Notes: a model not told the origin generated them from the letters alone. 63,757 bases of DNA from Bacteroidia bacterium (GCA_037969175.1 JBBKWX010000055.1:1-63757), one strand, 5' to 3'. Positions 48,547 to 57,314 are shown, numbered from the stretch's first letter. Numbers and translations are program-made.

Positions 48547-49335
48547 TTGCTCAAAGGAAGAAAACTTAAATCAAACAAAGTGAACATCAAGCGACTGCTA
48601 AAAGGACTCAATTATCTGCTGATAAATCCAAGATATTTTTATCTGTATTACAATTCCAATGTTGATACAATACTGCAGCGAGTAAATCCGGAAGCAAAAC
48701 CTTTTTCGGAGTATATGGCGGAATTGGATGCTAACACAGCCTATAACACGGAGCTACAGGAAAAAAGTCTTAGCATTGGAAAACGCACTTTCAAGCTTCG
48801 CCCCGAGCATTATTTTTTATACGCGGTTGTTCGTGCCCTTAAACCTGCAAAGATGATGGAAACCGGTGTATTCAATGGATTCTTCACCTCTTGTTATCTG
48901 GCGGCCTTGCATAAGAATCACCTGGAGGGCGGACCTAAAGGTCTTTTGGTATCTATCGATCTTCCGCCGGTTAGTGCTATCAGTGAAAGCACCGACAGGA
49001 TGAGTAAAACCCGACTTCCTGAAGGTCACGGTTCAGGATGGGTGATACCTGATTTCTTACGCGAATATTGGGAATTACATTTGGGAGACAGCAAGGAACT
49101 TTTACCTGCCCTGGTTAAGAAAAATACGGATCTCACCTTGTTCTTTCATGATAGTCTGCATACCTATGAACACATGATGTTTGAATATGAAGTAGTGTGG
49201 CCCTATTTGAAGAATGGCTCCCTGCTTATGAGTCATGATGTACACTGGAACAAAGCATTTCCACATATTGCAACAAAATATTCTCAGAGGGATACCATGT
49301 ACAAAGGAGTTGGATTAATTAAAAAAGTATCCTGA
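48547..49335 (+). CDS. Class I SAM-dependent methyltransferase (Methyltransf_24-like)
   Basis: ETGV.NG..T, L.SIDLP, GSGWVIP, LGDSKELLP, FFHDSLHTYEHMMFEY, HDV.WN. Confidence 0.85.
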   Translation: MLKGRKLKSNKVNIKRLLKGLNYLLINPRYFYLYYNSNVDTILQRVNPEAKPFSEYMAELDANTAYNTELQEKSLSIGKRTFKLRPEHYFLYAVVRALKPAKMMETGVFNGFFTSCYLAALHKNHLEGGPKGLLVSIDLPPVSAISESTDRMSKTRLPEGHGSGWVIPDFLREYWELHLGDSKELLPALVKKNTDLTLFFHDSLHTYEHMMFEYEVVWPYLKNGSLLMSHDVHWNKAFPHIATKYSQRDTMYKGVGLIKKVS

Positions 49336-49353
49336 TCTCCCGATTCCGGACTG

Positions 49354-50487
49354 ATGAAAATTATCCTGACGGATATACTGCACCGCAAGGGATTTGATGT
49401 TTATAATATTCTGAGAAGAAATTATAAACGTGACGAGATCGTATTATTTCTTGACAAACCAGGTGCCTGGAGAAGATTCATGGCAAAGGTTGTTTATGGA
49501 GGCAAGATCCATGACTTGAACAAAGCCTCAGCAAACGATTTTTCTCAAGCTATTAACACTGCCGGTGATCTTAGTGATGCGGTCTTCATCCCTGTTGAAG
49601 AGGACAGTATTAGTTTGTTTTTAGAAGGAGTCGATGCGAATTTGATTAGAAATAAAAAGTATTTACTTCCTTCACAAAATAATTTTTTGCTTGCAGCCGA
49701 TAAACTTTTACTTACTCGTTTTTGTAATCAAAATGATATTCCTGCACCGGAAGAAATAGATCCGTTTGATAGCGAAAGTGAATTTCGCCCATTTATTGCA
49801 AAACCACGTCGTGGCTCCGGTTCAAGCGGAATTGTTATCGTTGAATTTGAAAAGGATCTGGAGAAAATTTCGGGTCTCAGAAAAGATGATTTTGTATTCC
49901 AATCTTTATTGCCCGATGGAAAAAATGTGAAAGGGACTTTTCATCTTTTTCATCAGGGAAAACAAATATCGGCTTATGGACATCAGCGGATCCGTACCTT
50001 TCCACCGGAAGGCGGAGTGACAGTGTATTCCAGATTGGATACAACTGCCGAAGCAATTGAAACCGGTAAATTATTATTGGAAAAACTAAATTGGAATGGA
50101 TTAGCTATGGTGGAGACATTATATGATCCTACAGAAAAAAAACATAAAGTAATTGAAGTAAACCCCCGATTGTGGGGCTCCATTTTACTATCCGAATTTA
50201 CAGGCATACATATGCTAAATGATTATGTAAGATTAGCCTTGTCTATGGATATCAAGCAACATGAGTTGAAGACCAAGGCATATATCAGATGGATTTTTCC
50301 TTTCGATCTTATTGCATATATCAGATCCGGTTTCAGGATAAAAGGATTTTGGAATTTTAATTTTTCTACTACCTGTTATATTAATATGACCTATGCGGGT
50401 TTTTGGAGATCTTTTTTCTTTATATTGATGGGAATACTAGATCCTGCATCAATGCGGAAATTTATTAGAAAAATTTTTAATGGATAA
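49354..50487 (+). CDS. ATP-grasp carboxylate-amine ligase
   Basis: ADK, KPRRGSGSSG, RTFPPEGG, AMVE, IEVNPRLWGS. Confidence 0.85.
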   Translation: MKIILTDILHRKGFDVYNILRRNYKRDEIVLFLDKPGAWRRFMAKVVYGGKIHDLNKASANDFSQAINTAGDLSDAVFIPVEEDSISLFLEGVDANLIRNKKYLLPSQNNFLLAADKLLLTRFCNQNDIPAPEEIDPFDSESEFRPFIAKPRRGSGSSGIVIVEFEKDLEKISGLRKDDFVFQSLLPDGKNVKGTFHLFHQGKQISAYGHQRIRTFPPEGGVTVYSRLDTTAEAIETGKLLLEKLNWNGLAMVETLYDPTEKKHKVIEVNPRLWGSILLSEFTGIHMLNDYVRLALSMDIKQHELKTKAYIRWIFPFDLIAYIRSGFRIKGFWNFNFSTTCYINMTYAGFWRSFFFILMGILDPASMRKFIRKIFNG

Positions 50488-51094
50488 AAAAAGAATACTC
50501 TTTGATTTTGATAAGACCCTTACCTACGACGATTCTTTGCTGGGGTTTTTCGCCTATTGCACTCCCAAAGGATTCCTGTTTCCATTTAAACTCTTGCTGT
50601 ATTTTGTGTACATGGTCTTAGCCAAGTTGAAGATCAAAAGCATCTTGTCTTTAAAGAACTTTGGGATCAGTTTGTTTATTTCAGGAATTGAAAAAGAGAA
50701 ACTTCTGAAATTATCAACTGAATACGCTTTCCGGATCAAAACGAATAAGGTTTACAAGGAAATGTATAAATATGAACACAAGAACGATGAGAAGATAGTA
50801 GTGAGTGCATCCTTTTCGGAATACGTAAAGCCTCTGTTTCCGGATGCTTTGTTGTTGTGTTCTGAATTGATTTACAAAGACAATAAACCCTATAAAGTGG
50901 GTCGACATTGCTTTGGAAAAGAGAAAGTGAAGATGTTACAAGAGCAGGGTATTGAAAGCGTTTATGAGTGCTATACAGATAGTCTGCATGACCTTCCCCT
51001 GATTGAGATGTCCCTGAATAAATTTCTTGTTCGAGGTGATTCCATCATAAGATGTATGTCTGTAGATGAATTTCGTAAATTGGCCGCTCGATGA
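50480..51094 (+). CDS. HAD-IB family hydrolase/phosphatase
   Basis: FDFDKTLT motif I, VVSAS motif II, CFGKEK, YTDSLHDLP motif IV. Confidence 0.85.
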   Translation: MDKKRILFDFDKTLTYDDSLLGFFAYCTPKGFLFPFKLLLYFVYMVLAKLKIKSILSLKNFGISLFISGIEKEKLLKLSTEYAFRIKTNKVYKEMYKYEHKNDEKIVVSASFSEYVKPLFPDALLLCSELIYKDNKPYKVGRHCFGKEKVKMLQEQGIESVYECYTDSLHDLPLIEMSLNKFLVRGDSIIRCMSVDEFRKLAAR

Positions 51095-51939
51095 ACATTC
51101 TCACATTTGACATAGAAGAATGGTTTCATATTCTCGACCATCCAGCAACAAGAACTGAAAAACAATGGGGGAACTTTCCTTCCAGAATCCATTCAAACAT
51201 GGAAAGGATACTTTCAGTTTTGGAAGCTCAGGAACTTAAGGCAACTTTTTTTTGTTTGGGTTGGATAGCTCAAAAATATCCTGAAGTGATACGGCAAATA
51301 AGTGATGCCGGATTTGAAATCGCCAGTCATTCTTCTACTCACCAACTGGTCTATGAGCAAAACAGATCCGAATTTCGGGATGACCTGAAAAGATCGATTC
51401 AAGTGCTGGAAGATGCGACAGGAAAAAAAGTAAGTACGTACAGAGCTCCGGGTTTTTCAATTACATCTAGTGAAAAATGGGCATTTGAAGTAATGGCAGA
51501 ATTAGGTATCGATACAGATTGTTCGATCTTCCCTGCCTCAAGAGGACATGGAGGTTTCAGTGAGTTCGGCTACGCACAACCATGCACGATAAGTTATAAT
51601 GGAATTGAATTAAAAGAATTTCCTATTAATACACATCGGTTTCTGGGCAAGGATATTATTTTCAGCGGAGGTGGCTTTTTTCGAATTTTGCCCTATCCAT
51701 TGATCAGGAAAATGATGAAATCAAGTACCTATGTAATGACCTATTTTCATCCGAGAGATTTTGACCCGGGGCAACCTGTAATAGCGGATCTGCCATTATC
51801 CAGGAAGTTTAAATGTTATGTTGGTTTAAAAAATGCCTTGCCGAAATTTAAGACGTTAACTCAGGAGTTTGAATTTATTGATATTGAACAAGCAAAATCC
51901 TTAATAGATTGGCAACAAGTACCCAAGATCACGCTCTGA
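51091..51939 (+). CDS. Polysaccharide deacetylase (CE4, DUF3473-associated type)
   Basis: LTFDIEEWFH, ATFFCLGW, EIASH, YRAPGFS, DCSIFP, GGGFFR, YFHP.DFD. Confidence 0.88.
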   Translation: MNILTFDIEEWFHILDHPATRTEKQWGNFPSRIHSNMERILSVLEAQELKATFFCLGWIAQKYPEVIRQISDAGFEIASHSSTHQLVYEQNRSEFRDDLKRSIQVLEDATGKKVSTYRAPGFSITSSEKWAFEVMAELGIDTDCSIFPASRGHGGFSEFGYAQPCTISYNGIELKEFPINTHRFLGKDIIFSGGGFFRILPYPLIRKMMKSSTYVMTYFHPRDFDPGQPVIADLPLSRKFKCYVGLKNALPKFKTLTQEFEFIDIEQAKSLIDWQQVPKITL

Positions 51940-51991
51940 TCAGTATTAATTTCTTTTTAATAGAATATGATTGTAAACTAAGTCAAAACGC

Positions 51992-51999
51992 TACATTTG
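51992..51999 (+). promoter_or_regulatory. -7 element TACATTTG upstream of wecA
   Basis: Exact TAnnTTTG followed by C, 25 nt before ATG 52025. Confidence 0.6.
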
Positions 52000-52024
52000 C
52001 TCCGTTAATTTTTATGTTTGTAGT

Positions 52025-53092
52025 ATGCAAGTGTTCCTCTATGGCTTTTTGACAGCGTTTGTAGTAACGTATGTTGCAATTCCTTCGATTATTGGAGTAG
52101 CCAAAGTGAAGCATCTATATGATGTGCCAAGCGGACGGAAGACACATAAGTCAAGTGTACCTACTTTAGGCGGTTTGGCGATTTTTGCAGGTTTTATTTT
52201 TTCATATACATTTTGGAGTGCAGAGATAGTTTTCCCGGCCCGGCCTTATATTTTATCGGCTGTTATAATTTTGTTTTTCATAGGGATCAAAGATGACCTG
52301 ATCGATATCAGTCCTTTAAAAAAATTGATCGGCCAGTTTGCTGCAGCAAGTATTTTGGTCTTTTATGCCAATTGTCGCATACAGTCATTTTATGGTATTC
52401 TGGGGATTCATGAATTATCCTATGTTGCAAGTGCAGCGTTTTCAATACTTACTATTCTCATTATAGTAAATGCATATAATCTAATTGATGGCATTGACGG
52501 TCTTGCCGGTGGGATAGGCGTTATCTCCGCATCTGTTTTTGGAGTTTACTTTATCTTGAATCATCAATACGGGGAGGCGTTAATGGCTTTTGTACTTGTT
52601 GGTAGCCTGGTCGCATTTTTGAAGTTTAATTTTTCCCCGGCAAAGATCTTTATGGGAGATACAGGTTCGCTGGTGGTCGGATTTATTTTGGCATATTTGG
52701 CGATAACTTTTATTCAAGGGTCGAGCAATTCAATTGTAGCGATCAATACAGATAGCAATAGACCAGCAATAGCTGTTTCTATTTTATTTATCCCTTTGTA
52801 CGACACATTAAGAGTGATCATTATTAGATTGATCAAAAAAAACTCACCCTTTTCACCCGATAATAATCACATCCATCATTCACTTATAGATATGGGATTG
52901 AGTCATATGCAAGTTTGTATCGTGCTATATATTGTGAATATTAGTTTCATCTTTTTCACATTTAGTTTACAAAATCTGGGAGGTGCTGAACTGCTGCTTT
53001 TTGTTTTTATTGGTGCAGTGCTATTATCCTTTCTTACCTACTTTGTAAAACGCTGGTATAAATCTTACTGGGTCTCTCATCATACAGAATGA
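52025..53092 (+). CDS. wecA: Undecaprenyl-phosphate alpha-N-acetylglucosaminyl 1-phosphate transferase (MraY/WecA family)
   Basis: RKTH...VPTLGGLAI, IGIKDD, NAYNLIDGIDGLA, PAKIFMGDTGS, PD.NHIHH. Confidence 0.9.
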   Translation: MQVFLYGFLTAFVVTYVAIPSIIGVAKVKHLYDVPSGRKTHKSSVPTLGGLAIFAGFIFSYTFWSAEIVFPARPYILSAVIILFFIGIKDDLIDISPLKKLIGQFAAASILVFYANCRIQSFYGILGIHELSYVASAAFSILTILIIVNAYNLIDGIDGLAGGIGVISASVFGVYFILNHQYGEALMAFVLVGSLVAFLKFNFSPAKIFMGDTGSLVVGFILAYLAITFIQGSSNSIVAINTDSNRPAIAVSILFIPLYDTLRVIIIRLIKKNSPFSPDNNHIHHSLIDMGLSHMQVCIVLYIVNISFIFFTFSLQNLGGAELLLFVFIGAVLLSFLTYFVKRWYKSYWVSHHTE

Positions 53093-53178
53093 TCTGAATA
53101 CCTTTATTTGTTTGGTGCTTTCTTAAATTATTGATAAACTTGCACCCCTAAACAAACCCCCTTTCGCCCCTTAAGTTA

Positions 53179-54078
53179 ATGTACCAATCCGAAGTACAGA
53201 TAGTTGATAAACAGGGTGTTTTGAGCTCGAAGATGCAAGATTACGCTCAGTTGGCCAAGCTCAGGCTCACCTCATTGGTTGTCTTTTCTGCTGCCATGGG
53301 ATTCCTCATGGGGAATACTGGACCCGTAAACTGGCTTACATTCACCATGCTTATTCTTGGTGGTTTGTTGGTTACAGGCGCATCAAATGCTTTTAATCAG
53401 GTTCTTGAAAAAGAAACGGATAAATTGATGGATCGCACCGCCGACCGCCCATTACCCGATAATCGACTGAGTCTTCAACAAGCTACCGTTGCCGCTTTCA
53501 TTATGGGTGTGCTGGGTGTAGCAGTTCTATATGTCTTTGTTAATACTTTATCTGCGATCTTAGGTGCGCTTGCCATGGCACTTTATGCTTTGGCTTATAC
53601 ACCCATGAAAAAACGCAGTCCATTTGCTGTTTTCATAGGCGCCATTCCGGGTGCAATGCCTCCCATGTTGGGTTGGGTAGCTGCCACAGGTTTTATTGGC
53701 TTTGAGGCCTGGGCGTTGTTCGTTATTCAGTTTATGTGGCAGTTCCCGCATTTTTGGGCTATTGCCTGGGTGCTGGATGATGATTACCGCAAAGCAGGCT
53801 TTAAGATGTTGCCTTCTACAGAAGGCCGTACACGTAGTTCTGCTTTCCAGATTCTTGTCTATACTTTTTGTATGATCCCTGCCGGCTTGATCCCTTGGTA
53901 TTTCGGATTGAGTGGAGGAATATCTGCGATCTTTATTACTTTATGTGCTATTGGGATGCTGATCTATGCGATCCGCTTATTCAAGGAATGCAGCCTGGAA
54001 GCCGCCAGAAAACTGATGTTCGGTTCTTTTATATATCTCCCATTGGTACAAATTGCACTTGTACTCGATAATATTTAA
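53179..54078 (+). CDS. cyoE: Protoheme IX farnesyltransferase (heme O synthase)
   Basis: NAFNQVLE..TD..M.RT..RPLP, YTPMK, GAIPGAMPP..GW, WQFPHFWAIAW. Confidence 0.95.
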   Translation: MYQSEVQIVDKQGVLSSKMQDYAQLAKLRLTSLVVFSAAMGFLMGNTGPVNWLTFTMLILGGLLVTGASNAFNQVLEKETDKLMDRTADRPLPDNRLSLQQATVAAFIMGVLGVAVLYVFVNTLSAILGALAMALYALAYTPMKKRSPFAVFIGAIPGAMPPMLGWVAATGFIGFEAWALFVIQFMWQFPHFWAIAWVLDDDYRKAGFKMLPSTEGRTRSSAFQILVYTFCMIPAGLIPWYFGLSGGISAIFITLCAIGMLIYAIRLFKECSLEAARKLMFGSFIYLPLVQIALVLDNI

Positions 54079-54083
54079 TTAAG

Positions 54084-54656
54084 ATGACTGAATTAACACT
54101 TTCACACGAACAAAAAGCGATCATTTCCAGCAAAAAATTATTGCTTTGGTTAGGTATCGTTAGTATCCTGATGATCTTCGCTGCCTTTACTTCAGCTTAT
54201 ATTGTTAGACAAGCGGAAGGAAACTGGGTAGTTTTTGAAATGCCGCAATTGTTTTTCATTAGTACAGCTTTGATTTTGATCAGCAGTTCTACGATGTTTT
54301 ACGCCGCCGCCGGGGTGAAAAAGAATAACAGCAGGCAAATTGGGACAGGTCTTAAGTTGACTTTGCTTTTGGGTTTAGGGTTTGCCTTAACACAGTTTTT
54401 GGGATGGCAAGCACTTGTTGATCAGGGAGTTTTCCTGGTTGGGAACCCGTCTGGTTCCTTCTTTTATGTGATCTCAGCGGTTCACCTGGCTCACGTCATT
54501 GGAGGAATAATTGTACTTTTATTTACCCTCAGAAGTAACGCAAAAGGCTTATATACAGCCGATAACCGTACAGGCATACAACTTTGTTCAATATATTGGC
54601 ACTTTTTGGATGTGTTGTGGGTGTATTTATTTTTATTTTTGTGGCTTGTTCGCTGA
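54084..54656 (+). CDS. Cytochrome c oxidase subunit III-like protein (first of two)
   Basis: LW..IVS..M.FA..TSAY, GNPSGSFFY....H.AH, YWHFLD.LW. Confidence 0.9.
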   Translation: MTELTLSHEQKAIISSKKLLLWLGIVSILMIFAAFTSAYIVRQAEGNWVVFEMPQLFFISTALILISSSTMFYAAAGVKKNNSRQIGTGLKLTLLLGLGFALTQFLGWQALVDQGVFLVGNPSGSFFYVISAVHLAHVIGGIIVLLFTLRSNAKGLYTADNRTGIQLCSIYWHFLDVLWVYLFLFLWLVR

Positions 54657-54677
54657 ACAATCTTTTAACTAACCTTT

Positions 54678-55382
54678 ATGGCTAACGAATCTATTGATCT
54701 AAATCCGAAGAAAAACCTCTGGGGTGGGGGTGTTTCACCTTTCAACGTGAGTTGGGGTAAAATGTATATGTGGTTCTTCCTCGTATCGGATGCATTTACG
54801 TTCTCAGGATTGCTAATTGCATATGGTACACTAAGACACAAATATGCTGAATCATGGCCTGTGGCTAATGAAGTATTTACCCACTTCCCTTTTGTTCACG
54901 GGGATATGCCTTTGGCATTTGTTGGATTGATGACCTTTATCCTGATCATGAGTTCGGTTACAATGGTTCTTGCCGTTGATGCAGGTCATCGTATGGATAG
55001 AAAAGGTGTAATTATGTGGCTGGGACTTACGATCATTGGTGGATTTATTTTCCTGGGTTCTCAAGCATGGGAGTGGTCACATTTCATTCACGGTACCGAA
55101 GCCGGAAAAATGCTTGCTGATGGAAGCATATTACAAGGAGCCAATCTTATCTCGAATGAATACGGACATCCTTTATTCGCAGGATTCTTTTTCTTCATTA
55201 CAGGCTTTCACGGATTCCACGTATTCAGTGGTGTAGTGATAAACATAATTATATTCTTCAATGCCATCAACGGAGTGTATGACAGAAGAGGCCATTATGA
55301 GCAGGTAGAAAAAACCGGTTTGTATTGGCATTTTGTCGATCTGGTTTGGGTATTTGTATTTACATTCTTTTATCTCGTTTAA
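54678..55382 (+). CDS. Cytochrome c oxidase subunit III-like protein (second of two)
   Basis: WGK..MWFFLVSDAFTFS, FFFITGFHGFHV..G, GLYWHFVDLVWVFVFTFFYL. Confidence 0.92.
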   Translation: MANESIDLNPKKNLWGGGVSPFNVSWGKMYMWFFLVSDAFTFSGLLIAYGTLRHKYAESWPVANEVFTHFPFVHGDMPLAFVGLMTFILIMSSVTMVLAVDAGHRMDRKGVIMWLGLTIIGGFIFLGSQAWEWSHFIHGTEAGKMLADGSILQGANLISNEYGHPLFAGFFFFITGFHGFHVFSGVVINIIIFFNAINGVYDRRGHYEQVEKTGLYWHFVDLVWVFVFTFFYLV

Positions 55383-55405
55383 TCCTTCAACAACAATTAA
55401 GTAAT

Positions 55406-55774
55406 ATGGAAGATAATAAACCACACGGACATGAAACCGGAGATATTCATCACCAGTTTGTTGAAGAACATCACGCTCCTTCTTCTAAGAAGTTGATATG
55501 GAGAGTATTTTGGATTCTGTTAGGCGTAACAATAGTAGAAGTTGGATTGGCAGAATTGAATCATATGTATCATTTCCTGTCGAAGAGCATTATGAACTAT
55601 GTGCTTATTGGCCTTACTATCGTAAAAGCTTACTTTATCGTAGCTTATTTTATGCATCTTAAACATGAAGCATTAAGTATGCGATATATCATAATTTTAC
55701 CCTTCTTACTTATCGCTTACCTGATTGCTATTGCACTTTACGAAGGTAGTTTCTTAGGTACAGTCATCGGTTAA
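55406..55774 (+). CDS. Cytochrome c oxidase subunit IV family protein
   Basis: IW.VFWIL..VT.VEV, LTIVKA.FIVAYFMHLKHE; His-rich N-terminus. Confidence 0.88.
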   Translation: MEDNKPHGHETGDIHHQFVEEHHAPSSKKLIWRVFWILLGVTIVEVGLAELNHMYHFLSKSIMNYVLIGLTIVKAYFIVAYFMHLKHEALSMRYIIILPFLLIAYLIAIALYEGSFLGTVIG

Positions 55775-55807
55775 TCTTCAATTCCTTTTGAGGAATTGCT
55801 TTAGAAA

Positions 55808-56467
55808 ATGTCCAATAAAAGCACGCGGAATCTGTTGATCGTTTTAGTGATCCTGATTCTCCCTTCATTATTCTATCTCTTTTTAACACGAGGAAAGAAT
55901 AATTATAATACAATTGAGATCTATGGTCCTAGAGACTATGATCCTCAATCGGGTGATACCGTCTATCATACAATACCTGAATTCTCATTTGTCAATTTTG
56001 ACAGTTCAATTGTTACTTTAGAGACTTTCAAAGACAAATATTTTGTCACAGATTTCTTCTTTGCTACTTGCCCTACTATTTGTCCTAAGATGAATAGTCA
56101 CATGGGGAAAGTGCAATATGAATTCAAAGATGATAGTGATGTGATGTTGCTTTCACATACTGTGAATCCGGAAGCTGACTCAGTACCTGTTCTTAGCGAG
56201 TATGCTAAAAAGTATGGCGCTAAGCCCGGGAAATGGTTCATCGTGACCGGGTACAAGCCGGAAATTTATGATCTGGCACGTCAGGGATATTTCATCAGTG
56301 CAACCGAAGGAAACGGTGGACCCAATGATTTTGTTCATAGTGAAATGATTGTGCTGGTTGATAAAAACAAACAAATCAGAGGGTATTATGAAGGCACAAA
56401 TTTGATGGAGATAAATCGTCTTATTGATGATATCAATCTGTTGAAATATGAGGATAAGAAAAAGTAG
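55808..56467 (+). CDS. SCO family copper chaperone
   Basis: DFFFATCPTICP (CxxxC), TVNPE.D, HSE..VLVD....IRG.Y. Confidence 0.92.
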   Translation: MSNKSTRNLLIVLVILILPSLFYLFLTRGKNNYNTIEIYGPRDYDPQSGDTVYHTIPEFSFVNFDSSIVTLETFKDKYFVTDFFFATCPTICPKMNSHMGKVQYEFKDDSDVMLLSHTVNPEADSVPVLSEYAKKYGAKPGKWFIVTGYKPEIYDLARQGYFISATEGNGGPNDFVHSEMIVLVDKNKQIRGYYEGTNLMEINRLIDDINLLKYEDKKK

Positions 56468-56478
56468 ATTCGTAAAGG

Positions 56479-57027
56479 ATGAGCGATCAGGTTCTAAAAA
56501 ACTATTCAGATAAAGGAATAAGCCGGGCAATTGTGATCATCAGTACAATTGTAGTTTTGACCGTAGTGGTGCTTTTTAATTTGCCTAAAGCTACAACCAT
56601 CCCGGGTTTCGTTAGCTGGCTTCCTAAATTGAATGCCATAATTAATTCGCTCTGCAGCATCATTTTGATCACATCTTTCATAATGATCCGCAAAAGAAAT
56701 ATATTAATGCACAGAAATCTTAATCTTGCTGCATTTTCACTCTCCGCACTGTTTCTGATCTCATATATCATCTTTCATTCTTTTGGTATAGAAACGAAAT
56801 TCCCTGCAGAAAATTCACTTCGTCCTGTCTATCTTATTATTCTCCTAACCCATATTGTACTTGCTACTATCGTTTTGCCTCTGGTGCTTTTTGCTTTTTA
56901 CAGAGGTCTTAATATGCAAGTAGAAAAGCATAAAAAGATAGTGAGATGGGCTTTCCCGATCTGGTTATATGTAACTTTATCCGGAGTTGTTGTATATTTG
57001 ATGATATCACCTCATTACAATTTTTGA
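56479..57027 (+). CDS. DUF420 family membrane protein
   Basis: LP.LNA.IN, HRNLN..AF.LS.LFL.SY, HI.LA, HKK.VRW.FPIWLYV..SGV.VY. Confidence 0.9.
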   Translation: MSDQVLKNYSDKGISRAIVIISTIVVLTVVVLFNLPKATTIPGFVSWLPKLNAIINSLCSIILITSFIMIRKRNILMHRNLNLAAFSLSALFLISYIIFHSFGIETKFPAENSLRPVYLIILLTHIVLATIVLPLVLFAFYRGLNMQVEKHKKIVRWAFPIWLYVTLSGVVVYLMISPHYNF

Positions 57028-57029
57028 TC

Positions 57030-57287
57030 ATGCAAAAAAGAAATATATTCCTAAGCCTGATTTTATCAGTATTCCTTCTTTCCAGCCCTGTGGCCTCATT
57101 TGCGCAATGTGCCATGTGTAAAACATCTGTCGAGTCAAACATGGGCAAAGACGAAAGTAAAATTGGAGCTGGTCTCAATAAGGGTATCTTATATCTGATG
57201 GGCATACCTTACGCATTGGGGATTGTTGGTGGAATTGTCTGGTATGTGAATCGTAAAAAGTTGAGTCGAGAAAGTGAAACTGAGTAA
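57030..57287 (+). CDS. Small exported membrane-anchored protein with AQCAMC motif
   Basis: Signal peptide ending SFA-Q, CAMC, GLNKGILYL, C-terminal TM helix; 2 nt after the DUF420 stop. Confidence 0.75.
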   Translation: MQKRNIFLSLILSVFLLSSPVASFAQCAMCKTSVESNMGKDESKIGAGLNKGILYLMGIPYALGIVGGIVWYVNRKKLSRESETE

Positions 57288-57314
57288 TATCATGTTTTGC
57301 ACCTGTTCAATTCG

